Part shown: one piece after another, positions 1 to 9,724 of the stretch | Layout of the letters: each line of letters opens with the position of its first letter | Position numbering within the stretch: the stretch's first letter is position 1 | Assembly: GCA_963758635.1 (NCBI GenBank) | Contig: CAVWWD010000008.1 | Span: forward strand, 224,001 to 288,000 | Direction: 5' to 3' | From: an uncultured Candidatus Rokubacteria bacterium | Lineage (GTDB): Bacteria > Methylomirabilota > Methylomirabilia > Rokubacteriales > CSP1-6 | Length of the DNA stretch: 64,000 nt | The notes under the pieces: model-generated | Seen by the model: the letters and a program-made list of their open reading frames with translations, nothing else | Told to the model about the DNA's origin: nothing | Databases searched by the model: none | Translations under genes and position numbers: made by a program

Positions 1-241
1 CGAGGGCGGGGCCGCGCTCGGGCAGGCCGCGGATCACCGTGACCGTCTTGCCCCCGCGGCCCCCGCGGTCGCGGAAGATGCGGACCACGCCGTCGTCGGG
101 CACGCGTGGGGCGCCGGGCGCGTGCGTGGGGCCAGCCGGGCGCGGCGTGGGGCCGGCGCCGAGGCGGCCACCATCGGTGGTATACACGGGGCGCGAATTG
201 CCCCCGCGGGCGGGATGACGGGGCGGGCCGGGCGCGCTCAC
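1..241 (-). CDS. yciH: SUI1/YciH family translation factor (3' end outside window)
   Basis: Hand translation: NSRPVYTTDGG...DDGVVRIFRDRGGRGGKTVTVIRGL. GTG at 241 has TACACT 7 nt upstream. Confidence 0.85.
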   Translation of the reverse strand, partial: MSAPGPPRHPARGGNSRPVYTTDGGRLGAGPTPRPAGPTHAPGAPRVPDDGVVRIFRDRGGRGGKTVTVIRGLPERGPAL

Positions 242-330
242 GCGGGGTAGTGTAGCAGCGCCGCGGCTGATGATAGTCTGGAGCCCGGCGCCGATCAGTC
301 CCGCGCCGCTGAACCGATCAAGGAGAGATC

Positions 331-1441
331 GTGAAGATCGACGACGTGACGCTCACGCTCTTCGCCTGGGGCGGGATCCCGCCCACCACCTACGGCCGCC
401 ACACCGGCCGGTTCACGGGAACGAGCCAGCTCGGCCTGCTCACCATCCGCACCGACGACGGCGTGGAGGGGCACGCGTTCCTCGGCTCGGCCATGCGCGG
501 CGCCCACCTCGACGGCGAGTCGCTGATCCACATGCTGAAGCCGCTCGTGATGGGACAGGACCCGCTGGACCGCGAGCGCCTCTACCAGGCGATGTGGCAC
601 AAGAACCGGCAGACCACGCTGCGCGCCATCGGCGCCATGGACGTGGCGCTCTGGGACATCGGGGGCAAGGTGGCGGGGCTCCCGATCCACCGCCTGCTCG
701 GCTCGTATCGCGACCGCGTCCCCGCGTACGCCAGCTCCGCCGTGCTCGCCTCGAAGGAGGCGTACGCGGAGGAGGCGGCGCGCTTCAAGTCGGAGGGCTG
801 GACCGCGTACAAGATCCACCCGCCCACCGACCCGGACGTGGACATCGAGGTCTGTCGCGCCGTGCGCGCCGCGGTGGGCGACGGGTTCCGGGTCATGCTC
901 GACTCGACGTGGGCGTACCAGTACCCGGAGGCGCTGCGCGTCGGCAAGGCCATCGAGGCGCTCGGCTTCTACTGGTACGAGGACCCGCTGGCCGACGACG
1001 ACCTCTACAACTACGTGAAGCTCAAGCAGCAGCTCTCGATCCCGATCCTCGCCACCGAGTACGCCCCCGGCGGGTTCACCGCGTTCGCGCCCTGGCTGAC
1101 CGCGCGCGCCACCGACTTCCTGCGCGGCGACGTGGCGGTGAAGGGCGGCATCACCTCGCTCGTGAAGTCCGCGCACCTCGCCGAGGCGTTCCACATGAAC
1201 TTCGAGATCCATCACGGCGGCAACTCGCTCAACAACGTGGCGAACCTCCACGTGATCATGGCCATCAGGAACTGCGAGTACTTCGAGGTGCTGCTGCCCG
1301 CGGCGGCCCAGAAGTACGGACTCGTCCAGGACATCGAGGTCGAACGGGCAGGGGCTCGTCCACGCCTTCGACGGCCCCGGCCTCGGGGCCCAGATCGACT
1401 TCGCGCTGATCGAGCGGCAGAAGACCACGGTGTTGCGCTAA
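331..1441 (+). CDS. Mandelate racemase/muconate lactonizing enzyme family (enolase superfamily), indel near 1340
   Basis: AMDVALWD, YKIH, MLDS, WYEDP and EIH motifs. The C-terminus (GLVHAFDGPGLGAQIDF...TVLR*) continues in another frame to TAA at 1439-1441. SD AAGGAG upstream. Confidence 0.85.
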
Positions 1442-1504
1442 CATCGGGAACGAACGGCCGAGCGGCCAGCGACGACGAACAGCTCGACGACAAGGGAGAC
1501 CGAC

Positions 1505-2377
1505 ATGACGCCAGGGCAGACCTTCGACCGGAGCCACGAGGACATCGGCAACATGTGCTTGCTCGAGCACTGCAACGTGAGGGTGCCGGATCAGACCACG
1601 GCCACCGCGTTCTACATCCAGGCTCTCGGCTTCACCCGCGACCCGTACATCATGACGGGCGTCGAGAACATGTGGATCAACATCGGCAAGAGCCAGTTCC
1701 ACCTCCCCACCGGCGAGCCCCAGGTCTTCCCCGGGCACATCGGCCTCGTGGTGCCCGACCTCGAGGCGGCGGCGTCGCGGCTCGGCGCGGTCAAGGGGCG
1801 GCTCGCCCACACGCAGTTCGCCTGCTCGATGGAGGACAAGTACGTCGCGGCGACCTGCCCGTGGGGCAACAAGCTGCGCCTGTACGCGCCGCGGCCGGAG
1901 TGGGGCGACCTCACGCTCGGCATGGTCGAGGTGTGCGTGCCGGTGCGGCCGGGCGCGGCGGCGGGCATCGCCCGGTTCTACGAGAAGATCATGGGCGCGC
2001 CCGCGCGCGTGAACGGCAACGGCCACCCGGTGGCCCGCGTGCAGGTCGGGCACAACCAGGAGCTGGTGTTCCGCGAGACGCTGGAGGCGACCCGGCCGTA
2101 CGACGGCCACCACATCGCGGTGTACATCACGGACTTCTCCGGGCCGCACCGCCGGCTCATGGAGCGCGGCCTCATCAGCGAGGAGTCGAACCAGTACCAG
2201 TACCGGTTCAAGGACATCGTGGACCCGGACACGCGCGAGCACCTCTGCACGCTCGAGCACGAGGTGCGGAGCTTCACGCACCCGATGTACGCGCGCCCGC
2301 TCGTGAACCGCAATCCGGGCCAGCGCCAGGCCACCTACGCCGCCGGCCGCGACGCCTTCGTGCCGGGGATGAGCTGA
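1505..2377 (+). CDS. Glyoxalase/VOC-fold protein of unknown function
   Basis: LEHCNVRVPD..ATAFY..LGF and GHHIAVYI repeats typical of VOC folds; SD AAGGGAG. Confidence 0.65.
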   Translation: MTPGQTFDRSHEDIGNMCLLEHCNVRVPDQTTATAFYIQALGFTRDPYIMTGVENMWINIGKSQFHLPTGEPQVFPGHIGLVVPDLEAAASRLGAVKGRLAHTQFACSMEDKYVAATCPWGNKLRLYAPRPEWGDLTLGMVEVCVPVRPGAAAGIARFYEKIMGAPARVNGNGHPVARVQVGHNQELVFRETLEATRPYDGHHIAVYITDFSGPHRRLMERGLISEESNQYQYRFKDIVDPDTREHLCTLEHEVRSFTHPMYARPLVNRNPGQRQATYAAGRDAFVPGMS

Positions 2378-2501
2378 GCACGAGTCCCTCGCGCTGAGAG
2401 CGAGTCACTCCCGCGCCGGGGCGGCCATCGCGCCGCCCCGGCGTTGCCGTGTTCGCGCCCGCCCCGCTCCTTCGCTCCCCATCCTCGCCGCCCTCGTCGT
2501 C

Positions 2502-3158
2502 GTGAGCCTCCTCGGCGGCGGCGTCGCCTCCGGGCAGGCGCCACCGTCCGCCCAGGAGATCGCGGCGTACCGTGGGCTCCACGCCGCGGCGGCGCGGGGT
2601 GACGCGGCCGAGATCGGCCGGCTCGTCGCCGCCGGCGCCGATGCCGGCGGCCGCGACGGACACGGGCGGACGCCGCTCCACGTCGCCGCGCACCGCTCGC
2701 AGCGGTCGGCCATGCGCGCGCTCGTCGCGGCCGGCGCGGACCCCAACGCGCTCGAGGCCGACCGCTACGACATCGTCACGATCGCCGCCGTCGCCAACGA
2801 CCTGCCGACGCTCCGCCTGGCCCTCGAGCTGGGCGCGAGCGCGAAGAACGTCACCAGCCGCTACGACGGCACCGCGCTCATCGCCGCCGCGCACCTCGGC
2901 CACCAGGAGGTCGTGAGCGTCCTGATCCGGGCGGGCGCGCCGCTCGATCACGTGAACAACCTGGGGTGGACCGCCCTCATCGAGTCGATCGTGCTGGGCG
3001 ACGGCGGGCCGCGCCACGTCGCCACGCTGCGCGCGCTGGTGGCGGCCGGGGCGAACGTCAACCTCGCCGATCGCGCCGGCGTGACCCCGCTGACGCTGGC
3101 CCGCAGCCGCGGCTACCGGGAGATGGAGGCGATCCTCACCGCCGCCGGCGCCCGCTGA
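2502..3158 (+). CDS. Ankyrin-repeat protein, probably secreted; true start likely slightly upstream
   Basis: GRTPLHVAA, GTALIAAAHLGH, GWTAL and GVTPLTLA repeats; hydrophobic LPILAALVVVSLLGGGVASG leader in frame. Confidence 0.85.
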   Translation: MSLLGGGVASGQAPPSAQEIAAYRGLHAAAARGDAAEIGRLVAAGADAGGRDGHGRTPLHVAAHRSQRSAMRALVAAGADPNALEADRYDIVTIAAVANDLPTLRLALELGASAKNVTSRYDGTALIAAAHLGHQEVVSVLIRAGAPLDHVNNLGWTALIESIVLGDGGPRHVATLRALVAAGANVNLADRAGVTPLTLARSRGYREMEAILTAAGAR

Positions 3159-3191
3159 CACGCCCCCGATGTTGCGGCGGGGGGGCCCGGG

Positions 3192-3803
3192 TCAGCGGGG
3201 GCGGACGAGCTTGGTCCGGAGCGATTCGACCTGCTGGTGGAAGGGCGTTCCGCTGCCGCGCGCCGTCATCGGCGTCTGCTCGGACAGCCCGGTGTGGAGC
3301 TCCACGAACACCGGCCCCTCCTCGGTGAGGAGCCCGGGGAAGCGGCGCTTGAACTCGTCGAGGTCCGCGATGACGTGCGTGGCCCGGTAGCCCGCGCCCT
3401 TGGCCATGGTCGCGAAGTCGACGGTGAGCCCGCCGGGAATGCCCTGCGCGCCCGAGGTGTGATAGACGCCGTTCTTGAACAGCAGGTGGAGCAGGTTGCG
3501 GGGCCGCGCCCCGGCGATGGTGGCGAGCGTGCCGAGCTGCATCAGCAGCGAGCCGTCGCCGTCGAACACGATCACGCGGCGGTCGGGCCGCGCCAGCGCG
3601 AGGCCGAGGCCCAGCGAGGACGCGCCGCCCATGAAGCCCACGCACCCCACGGACAGATCGTCGGGCGCGATGGCCCGCCACGCCGGCAACGTCGTCATGG
3701 TGGGGATGCAGATCGCGTTGCCGCGCCCCGCCGCGATCACGCGCAGAACGTCCTCCGGCTTCATCGCGGGCGGGATCACCGGGTTCGCGGAGGGCGCCGC
3801 CAT
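3192..3803 (-). CDS. ThDP-dependent decarboxylase beta subunit (sulfopyruvate/phosphonopyruvate decarboxylase-like)
   Basis: GFMGGASSLGLG and DGDGSLLM...N ThDP-binding motif. Confidence 0.8.
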   Translation of the reverse strand: MAAPSANPVIPPAMKPEDVLRVIAAGRGNAICIPTMTTLPAWRAIAPDDLSVGCVGFMGGASSLGLGLALARPDRRVIVFDGDGSLLMQLGTLATIAGARPRNLLHLLFKNGVYHTSGAQGIPGGLTVDFATMAKGAGYRATHVIADLDEFKRRFPGLLTEEGPVFVELHTGLSEQTPMTARGSGTPFHQQVESLRTKLVRPR

Positions 3804-4363
3804 CACGCGGTCTCCAGGCCCACGAGCACGGCGGCGGGGCCACGGCGCTCGCGGCTCAGCCGGAAGTACTCGGGGATGTAGTGGAGGTCGTCGGGCCCCT
3901 CGATGCGCGCGTGGGGGACGGAGAACGTGTCCAGCAGCGGCTCGCAGAGCCGCACCATCGAGTGCCGGGACTCGAGCGGGTCCTTGTCCTTCTCGCGGCT
4001 CAGCAGGCCGATCATGTAGAACACCGGTACGCGCCCGTCCATGGCCACGCCCCGGAGCGTGTTGATCGACGCGTAGAGCCCGGCGTGCTGGATCATCAGG
4101 ATGCACGGCTCGCCGCCCATGTGGAGGCCGGCGGCGATCGTGGTGGCCTCGTCCTCGGTGGCGCACGTGATGACGCGAAGCTGGTCTTCCTTGTCGAGCG
4201 CGGCGAGCACCGTCTTCTGGTGCGTGTCGGGCACGGACAGGATCCAGCCGAGATGGTCGTGCTTCGGCGGCTCCTGGAGCTCGGCGCCGAGCGCGGCGCG
4301 GGCCGCGCGGAACGTGTCCTTCAGCGTGTCGATGACGAGCGAAGCGGGAATCGATTCCGGCAT
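3803..4363 (-). CDS. ThDP-dependent decarboxylase alpha subunit (ComD-like)
   Basis: SVPDT and CATEDEATTIAAG (catalytic Glu region); stop abuts the beta-subunit start. Confidence 0.75.
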   Translation of the reverse strand: MPESIPASLVIDTLKDTFRAARAALGAELQEPPKHDHLGWILSVPDTHQKTVLAALDKEDQLRVITCATEDEATTIAAGLHMGGEPCILMIQHAGLYASINTLRGVAMDGRVPVFYMIGLLSREKDKDPLESRHSMVRLCEPLLDTFSVPHARIEGPDDLHYIPEYFRLSRERRGPAAVLVGLETA

Positions 4364-4430
4364 CCGAGCGCCTCCCCGTGAGATGATCCGGGCTATGGTA
4401 CTCCAAGATCTTCTCGAGAAAGGTTCCGTC

Positions 4431-5105
4431 ATGCGACGCATCGCCCCCCTCGCGCTGGTCGTCACGCTGCTCGCCGCGGTTTCCGCGGGCGCGGCGCCCG
4501 AGCCCCAGACGGAAGAGCAGAAGATCCTCTACGCGCTGGGCCTGGCCCTGAGCCAGGGCGTGGCCGCGTTCAGTCTCACGCCGGCCGAGCTGGAGCTGGT
4601 GCAGGCAGGGCTCGCCGACGGCGTCCTGAAGCGGCCGGCCAAGGTGGACCTGCAGGCCTACGGTCCGAAGGTCCAGCAGCTCCACAGCCAGCGGTCGGCG
4701 GCGGTGGCGGCGACGGAGAAGCGGGCGGGCCAGGCCTTCCTCGACAAGGCCGCCAGCGAGGCGGGGGCGACGCGGACCGCCTCCGGGATCATCGTGACGA
4801 CGCTCAAGGCGGGGGCCGGAGCGAGCCCCAAGGCCACCGACACCGTGAAGGTGCACTACCACGGCACGCTCCCCGACGGCACCGTGTTCGACAGCTCGGT
4901 GCAGCGCAAGGAGCCGGCGAGCTTCCCGCTGAACGGCGTGATCCCGTGCTGGACCGAGGGCGTGCAGCTCATGAAGGTGGGCGGCAAGAGCCGCCTGGTC
5001 TGCCCGTCGAACCTGGCCTACGGCGATCGCGGCTCCCCGCCGCGCATCAAGCCCGGCGCCACGCTCGTGTTCGAGGTCGAGCTGCTCGAGATCGTCAGCA
5101 AGTAG
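4431..5105 (+). CDS. FKBP-type peptidyl-prolyl isomerase (FkpA/Mip-like) with signal peptide
   Basis: VKVHYHGTLPDGTVFDSS, VIPCWTEG and LVFEVELL; N-terminal YALG dimerisation domain. Confidence 0.95.
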   Translation: MRRIAPLALVVTLLAAVSAGAAPEPQTEEQKILYALGLALSQGVAAFSLTPAELELVQAGLADGVLKRPAKVDLQAYGPKVQQLHSQRSAAVAATEKRAGQAFLDKAASEAGATRTASGIIVTTLKAGAGASPKATDTVKVHYHGTLPDGTVFDSSVQRKEPASFPLNGVIPCWTEGVQLMKVGGKSRLVCPSNLAYGDRGSPPRIKPGATLVFEVELLEIVSK

Positions 5106-5109
5106 CCGC

Positions 5110-5948
5110 GTGCCCGAGCTGCCGGAGGTCGAGGAAGCTCGGCGTTTCGCGCGGCGCGTGGCCCTTGGCCGGCGCATCACCGGGGTGGAGTGCGCGCCCG
5201 ATCCCATCGTGCTCGAGGGCGCGAGCCCGCGCCACGTCCGGCGCGCGCTGCTCGGCCGCCGCGTCGAGGACGTGCGGCCGTCACGGCAAGCACCTCTGGC
5301 TCGAGCTGGACCGACGTCCGTGGCCGTGCTTCCACTTCGGGATGGCCGGCGGCTTTTACACGCCCGATGCGCGCGGCGTGCGCCTGGTCTCGAGCGGCGG
5401 CGCGGACCGGACGGGCTGGCCGCCCCGGTTCGCCAAGCTCGTGCTGGCGTTCGAGGACGGCGGCGCGCTCGCCATGGCCGACGGCCGGCGGCTCGGACGG
5501 ATCCGCCTCCGCGAGGATCCGCGCGCCGAGCCGCCCATCAGCCTCCTCGGCTTCGACGCCCTCCGCGGCCTGCCCTCGCCCGCGGAGTTCGCGGCGCGGC
5601 CTCGCCGAGCGCGCGGCGCCGGTGAAGGCGGTGCTGCTCGACCAGACGTTCGCGGCCGGGGTGGGGAACTGGATCGCCGACGAGGTCCTGTACCAGGCGC
5701 GCATCGATCCGCGGCGCCGCGCGCGCTCGCTCTCGAGGCACGAGGCGCGACGGCTGCGCGAGGCCGTGCGCCGCGTGGTGGAGACGGCGGTGCGGGCGCG
5801 GGCGGACAGCGATCGCTACCCGAAGACCTGGCTCTTCCACTCCCGCTGGGGGCGCCAGGCCGGCTCGATCACCGCGCGCGGCGAGCGCATCCGCCACGAC
5901 ACCGTCGGCGGCCGCACCACCGCGTGGGTCCCGTCGGTGCAGCGCTGA
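5110..5948 (+). CDS. mutM: Fpg/Nei DNA glycosylase, zinc-less finger type; two indels (about 5280 and 5600)
   Basis: PELPEVE N-terminus, HGKHLWL, FGMAG, H2TH motif LLDQ..AGVGNWIADEVLY; C-terminus GGRTTAWVP has no Cys. Confidence 0.85.
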
Positions 5949-6053
5949 CCGCGGCCGCGCCGCGACGGGGAGCGCCGGGCGCTCCCACCGCGCGGCGCTC
6001 TCGCAGCGGAACGCGGAACCGGTGGCGCGCGCCATGGCGCCGTGATCGCGAGG

Positions 6054-7133
6054 TCAGGCGCGGCGATACTTCTCGATCGCGCCCGGCGCCAGCTCCATGC
6101 CGTGGCCAGGACGGTCGGGGATGCGGAGGGCGCCGCCCTCGAAGCGGGGCATCTCGACGAACAGGTCCGACGGCGCCCACTCCATGTATTCCACGAGGAA
6201 GCTGTTCTCGATGGCGCCGGCCACGTGGAGCGACAGCTCGTGGACCACGTGCGGCGACACGGGGACCTGGTACGCCGCGGCGAGATGCGCGATGCGGAGC
6301 GTCTCGCTGAAGCCGTTGGCGCGGCACACGTCGGGCATCAGGAAGCGGGCGCCGCGCCGCTCGAGGAGGTCGCGGAACTCGAAGCGCGTGTAGTTGTTCT
6401 CGCCCGTGGCCACCGGGATGCGGATGGACCGCGCCACCTCGGCGCAGGACGCGAGGTCGTCGGCGAGCACCGGCTCCTCGAGCCAGACGAGGTCCAGGTC
6501 CTCCAGGTGCTGGGCCTGACGGATCGCGCCGAGCACGTCGAGCTTCTGGTTCGCGTCCACCATGAGGCGGACGGAGTCGCCGAGGGCCTTGCGGACCGCC
6601 TCCACCCGCTGGCGGTTCACCCGCGGATCGGGGTCGTGGATCTTCATCTTGTAGTAGCGGCAGCCGAGGCGGAGGTAGCGGCGCGCCTCGTCGATCACGT
6701 CCTCCACGCGGTAGTTGCCCCAGCCGCCGCTGCCGTACGCGGCCACGCGGTCGGTGATCCCGCCCCAGAGCTTGTAGAGGGGGAGCCCCGCGACCTTGCC
6801 CGCGAGGTCCCAGAGGCCGATGTCGATCGCGGACAGCGCGTAGGCGGCCACGCCCTGGCGCTTGATGCCGCGGTCGCCGCGGAACATGCGCTGCCAGAGC
6901 CGCTCGATGAGGAGCGGATCCTCGCCGACCACGAGCGGTGTCATCCGGGTGTCGAGGTAGGTCTGGATGGCCTCGGCGCCGCCGCCCGCGAAGGCGAGCG
7001 TGTAGCCGAGGCCGCTCACGCCCTCGTCCGTCCGGACGATCGCCGTCACCATGCGATGCTCGGGGAACTCGCGGGCCATCTGCTGGCTCGTGGGCAGGCG
7101 CAGGACGGCGGTCTCGACGGCGGTGATCTTCAT
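6054..7133 (-). CDS. Mandelate racemase/muconate lactonizing enzyme family protein
   Basis: AIDIGLWD, KMK, MVDANQ, WLEEP, TGEN and SPH motifs. Confidence 0.9.
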   Translation of the reverse strand: MKITAVETAVLRLPTSQQMAREFPEHRMVTAIVRTDEGVSGLGYTLAFAGGGAEAIQTYLDTRMTPLVVGEDPLLIERLWQRMFRGDRGIKRQGVAAYALSAIDIGLWDLAGKVAGLPLYKLWGGITDRVAAYGSGGWGNYRVEDVIDEARRYLRLGCRYYKMKIHDPDPRVNRQRVEAVRKALGDSVRLMVDANQKLDVLGAIRQAQHLEDLDLVWLEEPVLADDLASCAEVARSIRIPVATGENNYTRFEFRDLLERRGARFLMPDVCRANGFSETLRIAHLAAAYQVPVSPHVVHELSLHVAGAIENSFLVEYMEWAPSDLFVEMPRFEGGALRIPDRPGHGMELAPGAIEKYRRA

Positions 7134-8479
7134 GGCGCTCCTTCCGCCCCTTCGTAGGTTTCGCGCCGGCCCATCCCGCGCTGGAGGGTCAGGTAGCCCT
7201 CGCGGGTGAGCCGCGGGCGCGCGTGGGCGAGCACGTCGCGCGCGCCCGCCGCGTCGTCCCAGAGCATGTCCACGGCCATGGCGGCGAGGGCCTTGGCCGG
7301 GGCCACGTAGGCGAGGGGCTTGTCGACGATCGCGTAGTCGGCGGCGTGGCCCGTCCCGGTGGCGCCGCCCATGTAGGGGTGGAGCACGGGGATCACCTGC
7401 GAGAGGTCGCCCATGTCGGTGGATCCCGTCCGGTGCCCGAGGTCGCGGTAGTGCTCGGCCCCCACCAGCGCGCCGGCGCTCTCGCGGAAGTACCGCGCCA
7501 TCGTGCCGTCGCACGCGAGCGGGAGGTAGCCGGGCAGGGTGTCGATCTCCACGCGCGCGCCGAGCGCGAGGGCGCCGGCGCGAAGGGCGCGGTCCACCTT
7601 GGCGTTGGCGTCCAGGATGGCGTCGAGGGTGCGGCCGCGCACGTACGTCTGGATGCGCGCCTCGCCGGGGATCACGTTCACCTGGGTGCCGCCCTGGGTG
7701 AGGATGGGGTGGATCCGGATGGTGTCGTCGTCGGGCAGCGTCTCGCGGATGGCGTTGATCGACAGGAGCCCGATGTGGGCGGCGTACAGCGCGTTGATGC
7801 CCTGCTGGGGCGCGCGTCCGGCGTGCGCGGGGCGTCCCACGTAGCGGGCGATCTTCCCCACGCGGCCGTTGTTGGACAGCGGCACCGCCGCGCGCCCGTC
7901 CTCGGGGCGCGACGTGGTGTGGATCATCATGGCGAGGTCCACGTCGTCGAAGTGGCCGAGCCGCATCAGCTCGGCCTTGCCGCCGAAGAACTCGAGCCGT
8001 CCTGCCCGCGCCTCCGCGAGGCGCCACTCGAGGTCGCCGCCCTCCTCGGCGGGGACCGCGAAGAACACGACCCGGCCGGCCAGGTGCTCGAAGGCGCCCG
8101 TGTCCATGAGCCCCATGGCCGCGCCGAGCAGCCCGGCGACCTGCGCGTTGTGGCCACAGGCGTGCACCGCGCCGGTGACGGGATCGGCCTCGGGGTGCCC
8201 GGAGACGACGAGGGCGTCCAGCTCGCCGAGGAGCGCGAAGGTGGGACCGGAGCCGCGGCGTCCCGCGGCCTCGGCGCGAACGCCGGTGTAGGCGAGGCCG
8301 CCACGGGGCGCCAGGCCGAGGCGATGGAAGGCGTCCTCGACGAGGCGGGCGGTGCGGTGCTCCTTGAACCCCAGCTCGGGGTGACGGCGGATCGTCTCCC
8401 CGATCTCGATGATCTCGCCGGCGCGGCGGTCGATGGCCTCCCAGACGCGCTGCCTGAGCTCCTCCCTGGTGGTCCGCAT
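7130..8479 (-). CDS. M20 family amidohydrolase (Acy1L2/AbgB-like)
   Basis: HPELGFKE, GELDAL, HACGHN, PAEE and GSTDMGD motifs. Confidence 0.9.
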   Translation of the reverse strand: MRTTREELRQRVWEAIDRRAGEIIEIGETIRRHPELGFKEHRTARLVEDAFHRLGLAPRGGLAYTGVRAEAAGRRGSGPTFALLGELDALVVSGHPEADPVTGAVHACGHNAQVAGLLGAAMGLMDTGAFEHLAGRVVFFAVPAEEGGDLEWRLAEARAGRLEFFGGKAELMRLGHFDDVDLAMMIHTTSRPEDGRAAVPLSNNGRVGKIARYVGRPAHAGRAPQQGINALYAAHIGLLSINAIRETLPDDDTIRIHPILTQGGTQVNVIPGEARIQTYVRGRTLDAILDANAKVDRALRAGALALGARVEIDTLPGYLPLACDGTMARYFRESAGALVGAEHYRDLGHRTGSTDMGDLSQVIPVLHPYMGGATGTGHAADYAIVDKPLAYVAPAKALAAMAVDMLWDDAAGARDVLAHARPRLTREGYLTLQRGMGRRETYEGAEGAP

Positions 8480-8539
8480 CATTCGCAAATCGGCACGGAC
8501 CCCGCAGGTCCGGTGAGCGCGGCTATGAGACCGCGCTCG

Positions 8540-9622
8540 TCAATACCCTTCCTCGAGGAGCGGGAAGGCGCTGGTCGCGTGGGGCCGCACGACCGGAGTC
8601 GCGGGATGCAGGTAGGACGCGTCGAGCGCGGCGAGCCGGTCCGCGCCGAGCAGGGCCAGGCAGATCCGGATCTCGTCCTCGAGGATCTCGAGCACGCGCA
8701 CGAGCCCGGCCTCGGCGGCGGCGGCCACGCCGATGCACGCGAGCCGGCCGATGCCGACTGCGTGCGCGCCGAGCGTGATGGCCTTGACGATGTCGGTGCC
8801 GCGCACGAACGAGCCGTCCACGATGATCGTGGCGCGGCCGGCCACGGCTCGCACCACCTCGGGCAGCACGTCGAGGGTGCCGCGCCCGTGATCGAGCTGG
8901 CGCCCGCCGTGGTTGGACACGTACACGCCGTCCACGCCGTGCGCGCACGCCAGCTCCGCGTCCTCGGCGGTGGCGATGCCCTTGAGGATGAGCGGGATGT
9001 CGTGGGTGTCCTTGAAGCGCTTGACGTGGTCCCAGGACAGCGCGGCCTGGAAGTCCATGCCGGTGGCGCGCACGCGCCACGGCTTGATGAAGCGGCGCAT
9101 GAGGTCGCGCTCGCGCCGGCTGTAGCTCGCGGTGTCCACGGTGAGGCAGAACGCGGCGTACCCGTTGTCCTTGGCCCGCCGCACGTGGTCGTCCACCCAC
9201 GCGTCGTCGCCGCGCACGTAGAGCTGGAAGATGCGGAAGTTGTCGGCGGCGGCGGCGGTCGCCTCGAGGCCGGGGTTGCACACCGACGACAGCATCTGGG
9301 CGATGCCGAACTCCGCGGTGGCGCGGGCCACGGTGGCGCCGCCGCCCGGCGTGAAGCTCTCCACCGAGCCGACGGGCGCGACCATCACGGGAATGCGCAT
9401 GGGCCGCCCGAAGAACGACGAGCTGGTGTCCACCTTCGACACGTTGCGGAGCACCCGGGGACGGAAGGCCACGGAGTCCAGCGCCTGGCGGTTCCGGCGG
9501 AGCGTGGTCTCCGTCTCCGCGCCGCCGATGAGGTAGTCCCACGGGCCGGGCGCGAGGTTCAGCCGCGCCGCCTTCACGAGCTCGGAGAGCGTCTGGAAGC
9601 GATCCTCGAGGTTGGAAGCCAT
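8540..9622 (-). CDS. FMN-dependent alpha-hydroxy acid oxidase/dehydrogenase
   Basis: FRPRVL, FQLY, LTVD, LKGI and SNHGGRQLD motifs. Confidence 0.92.
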   Translation of the reverse strand: MASNLEDRFQTLSELVKAARLNLAPGPWDYLIGGAETETTLRRNRQALDSVAFRPRVLRNVSKVDTSSSFFGRPMRIPVMVAPVGSVESFTPGGGATVARATAEFGIAQMLSSVCNPGLEATAAAADNFRIFQLYVRGDDAWVDDHVRRAKDNGYAAFCLTVDTASYSRRERDLMRRFIKPWRVRATGMDFQAALSWDHVKRFKDTHDIPLILKGIATAEDAELACAHGVDGVYVSNHGGRQLDHGRGTLDVLPEVVRAVAGRATIIVDGSFVRGTDIVKAITLGAHAVGIGRLACIGVAAAAEAGLVRVLEILEDEIRICLALLGADRLAALDASYLHPATPVVRPHATSAFPLLEEGY

Positions 9623-9629
9623 GCGCCGG

Positions 9630-9658
9630 ACGCTAGCAGGGAAGCCGTGCGATTTCAA
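9630..9658 (-). promoter_or_regulatory. Sigma70-like promoter for a leaderless transcript
   Basis: TTGAAA-N17-TAGCGT, 7 nt upstream of ATG 9622. Confidence 0.6.
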
Positions 9659-9687
9659 GCGCTCGGGGCGCGCCCGCCCCATCGTTC

Positions 9688-9716
9688 TTGACAAGATCCG
9701 GAGGTCCCACCACCAT
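9688..9716 (+). promoter_or_regulatory. Divergent sigma70-like promoter for a leaderless transcript
   Basis: TTGACA-N17-CACCAT, 8 nt upstream of ATG 9725. Confidence 0.55.
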
Positions 9717-9724
9717 CGGCCCCG

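Noticed and set aside
331..2397. 688-aa ORF as a novel fusion protein
   Set aside because: Read-through caused by an indel near 1340; the tail is an off-frame shadow of the 1505-2377 gene.
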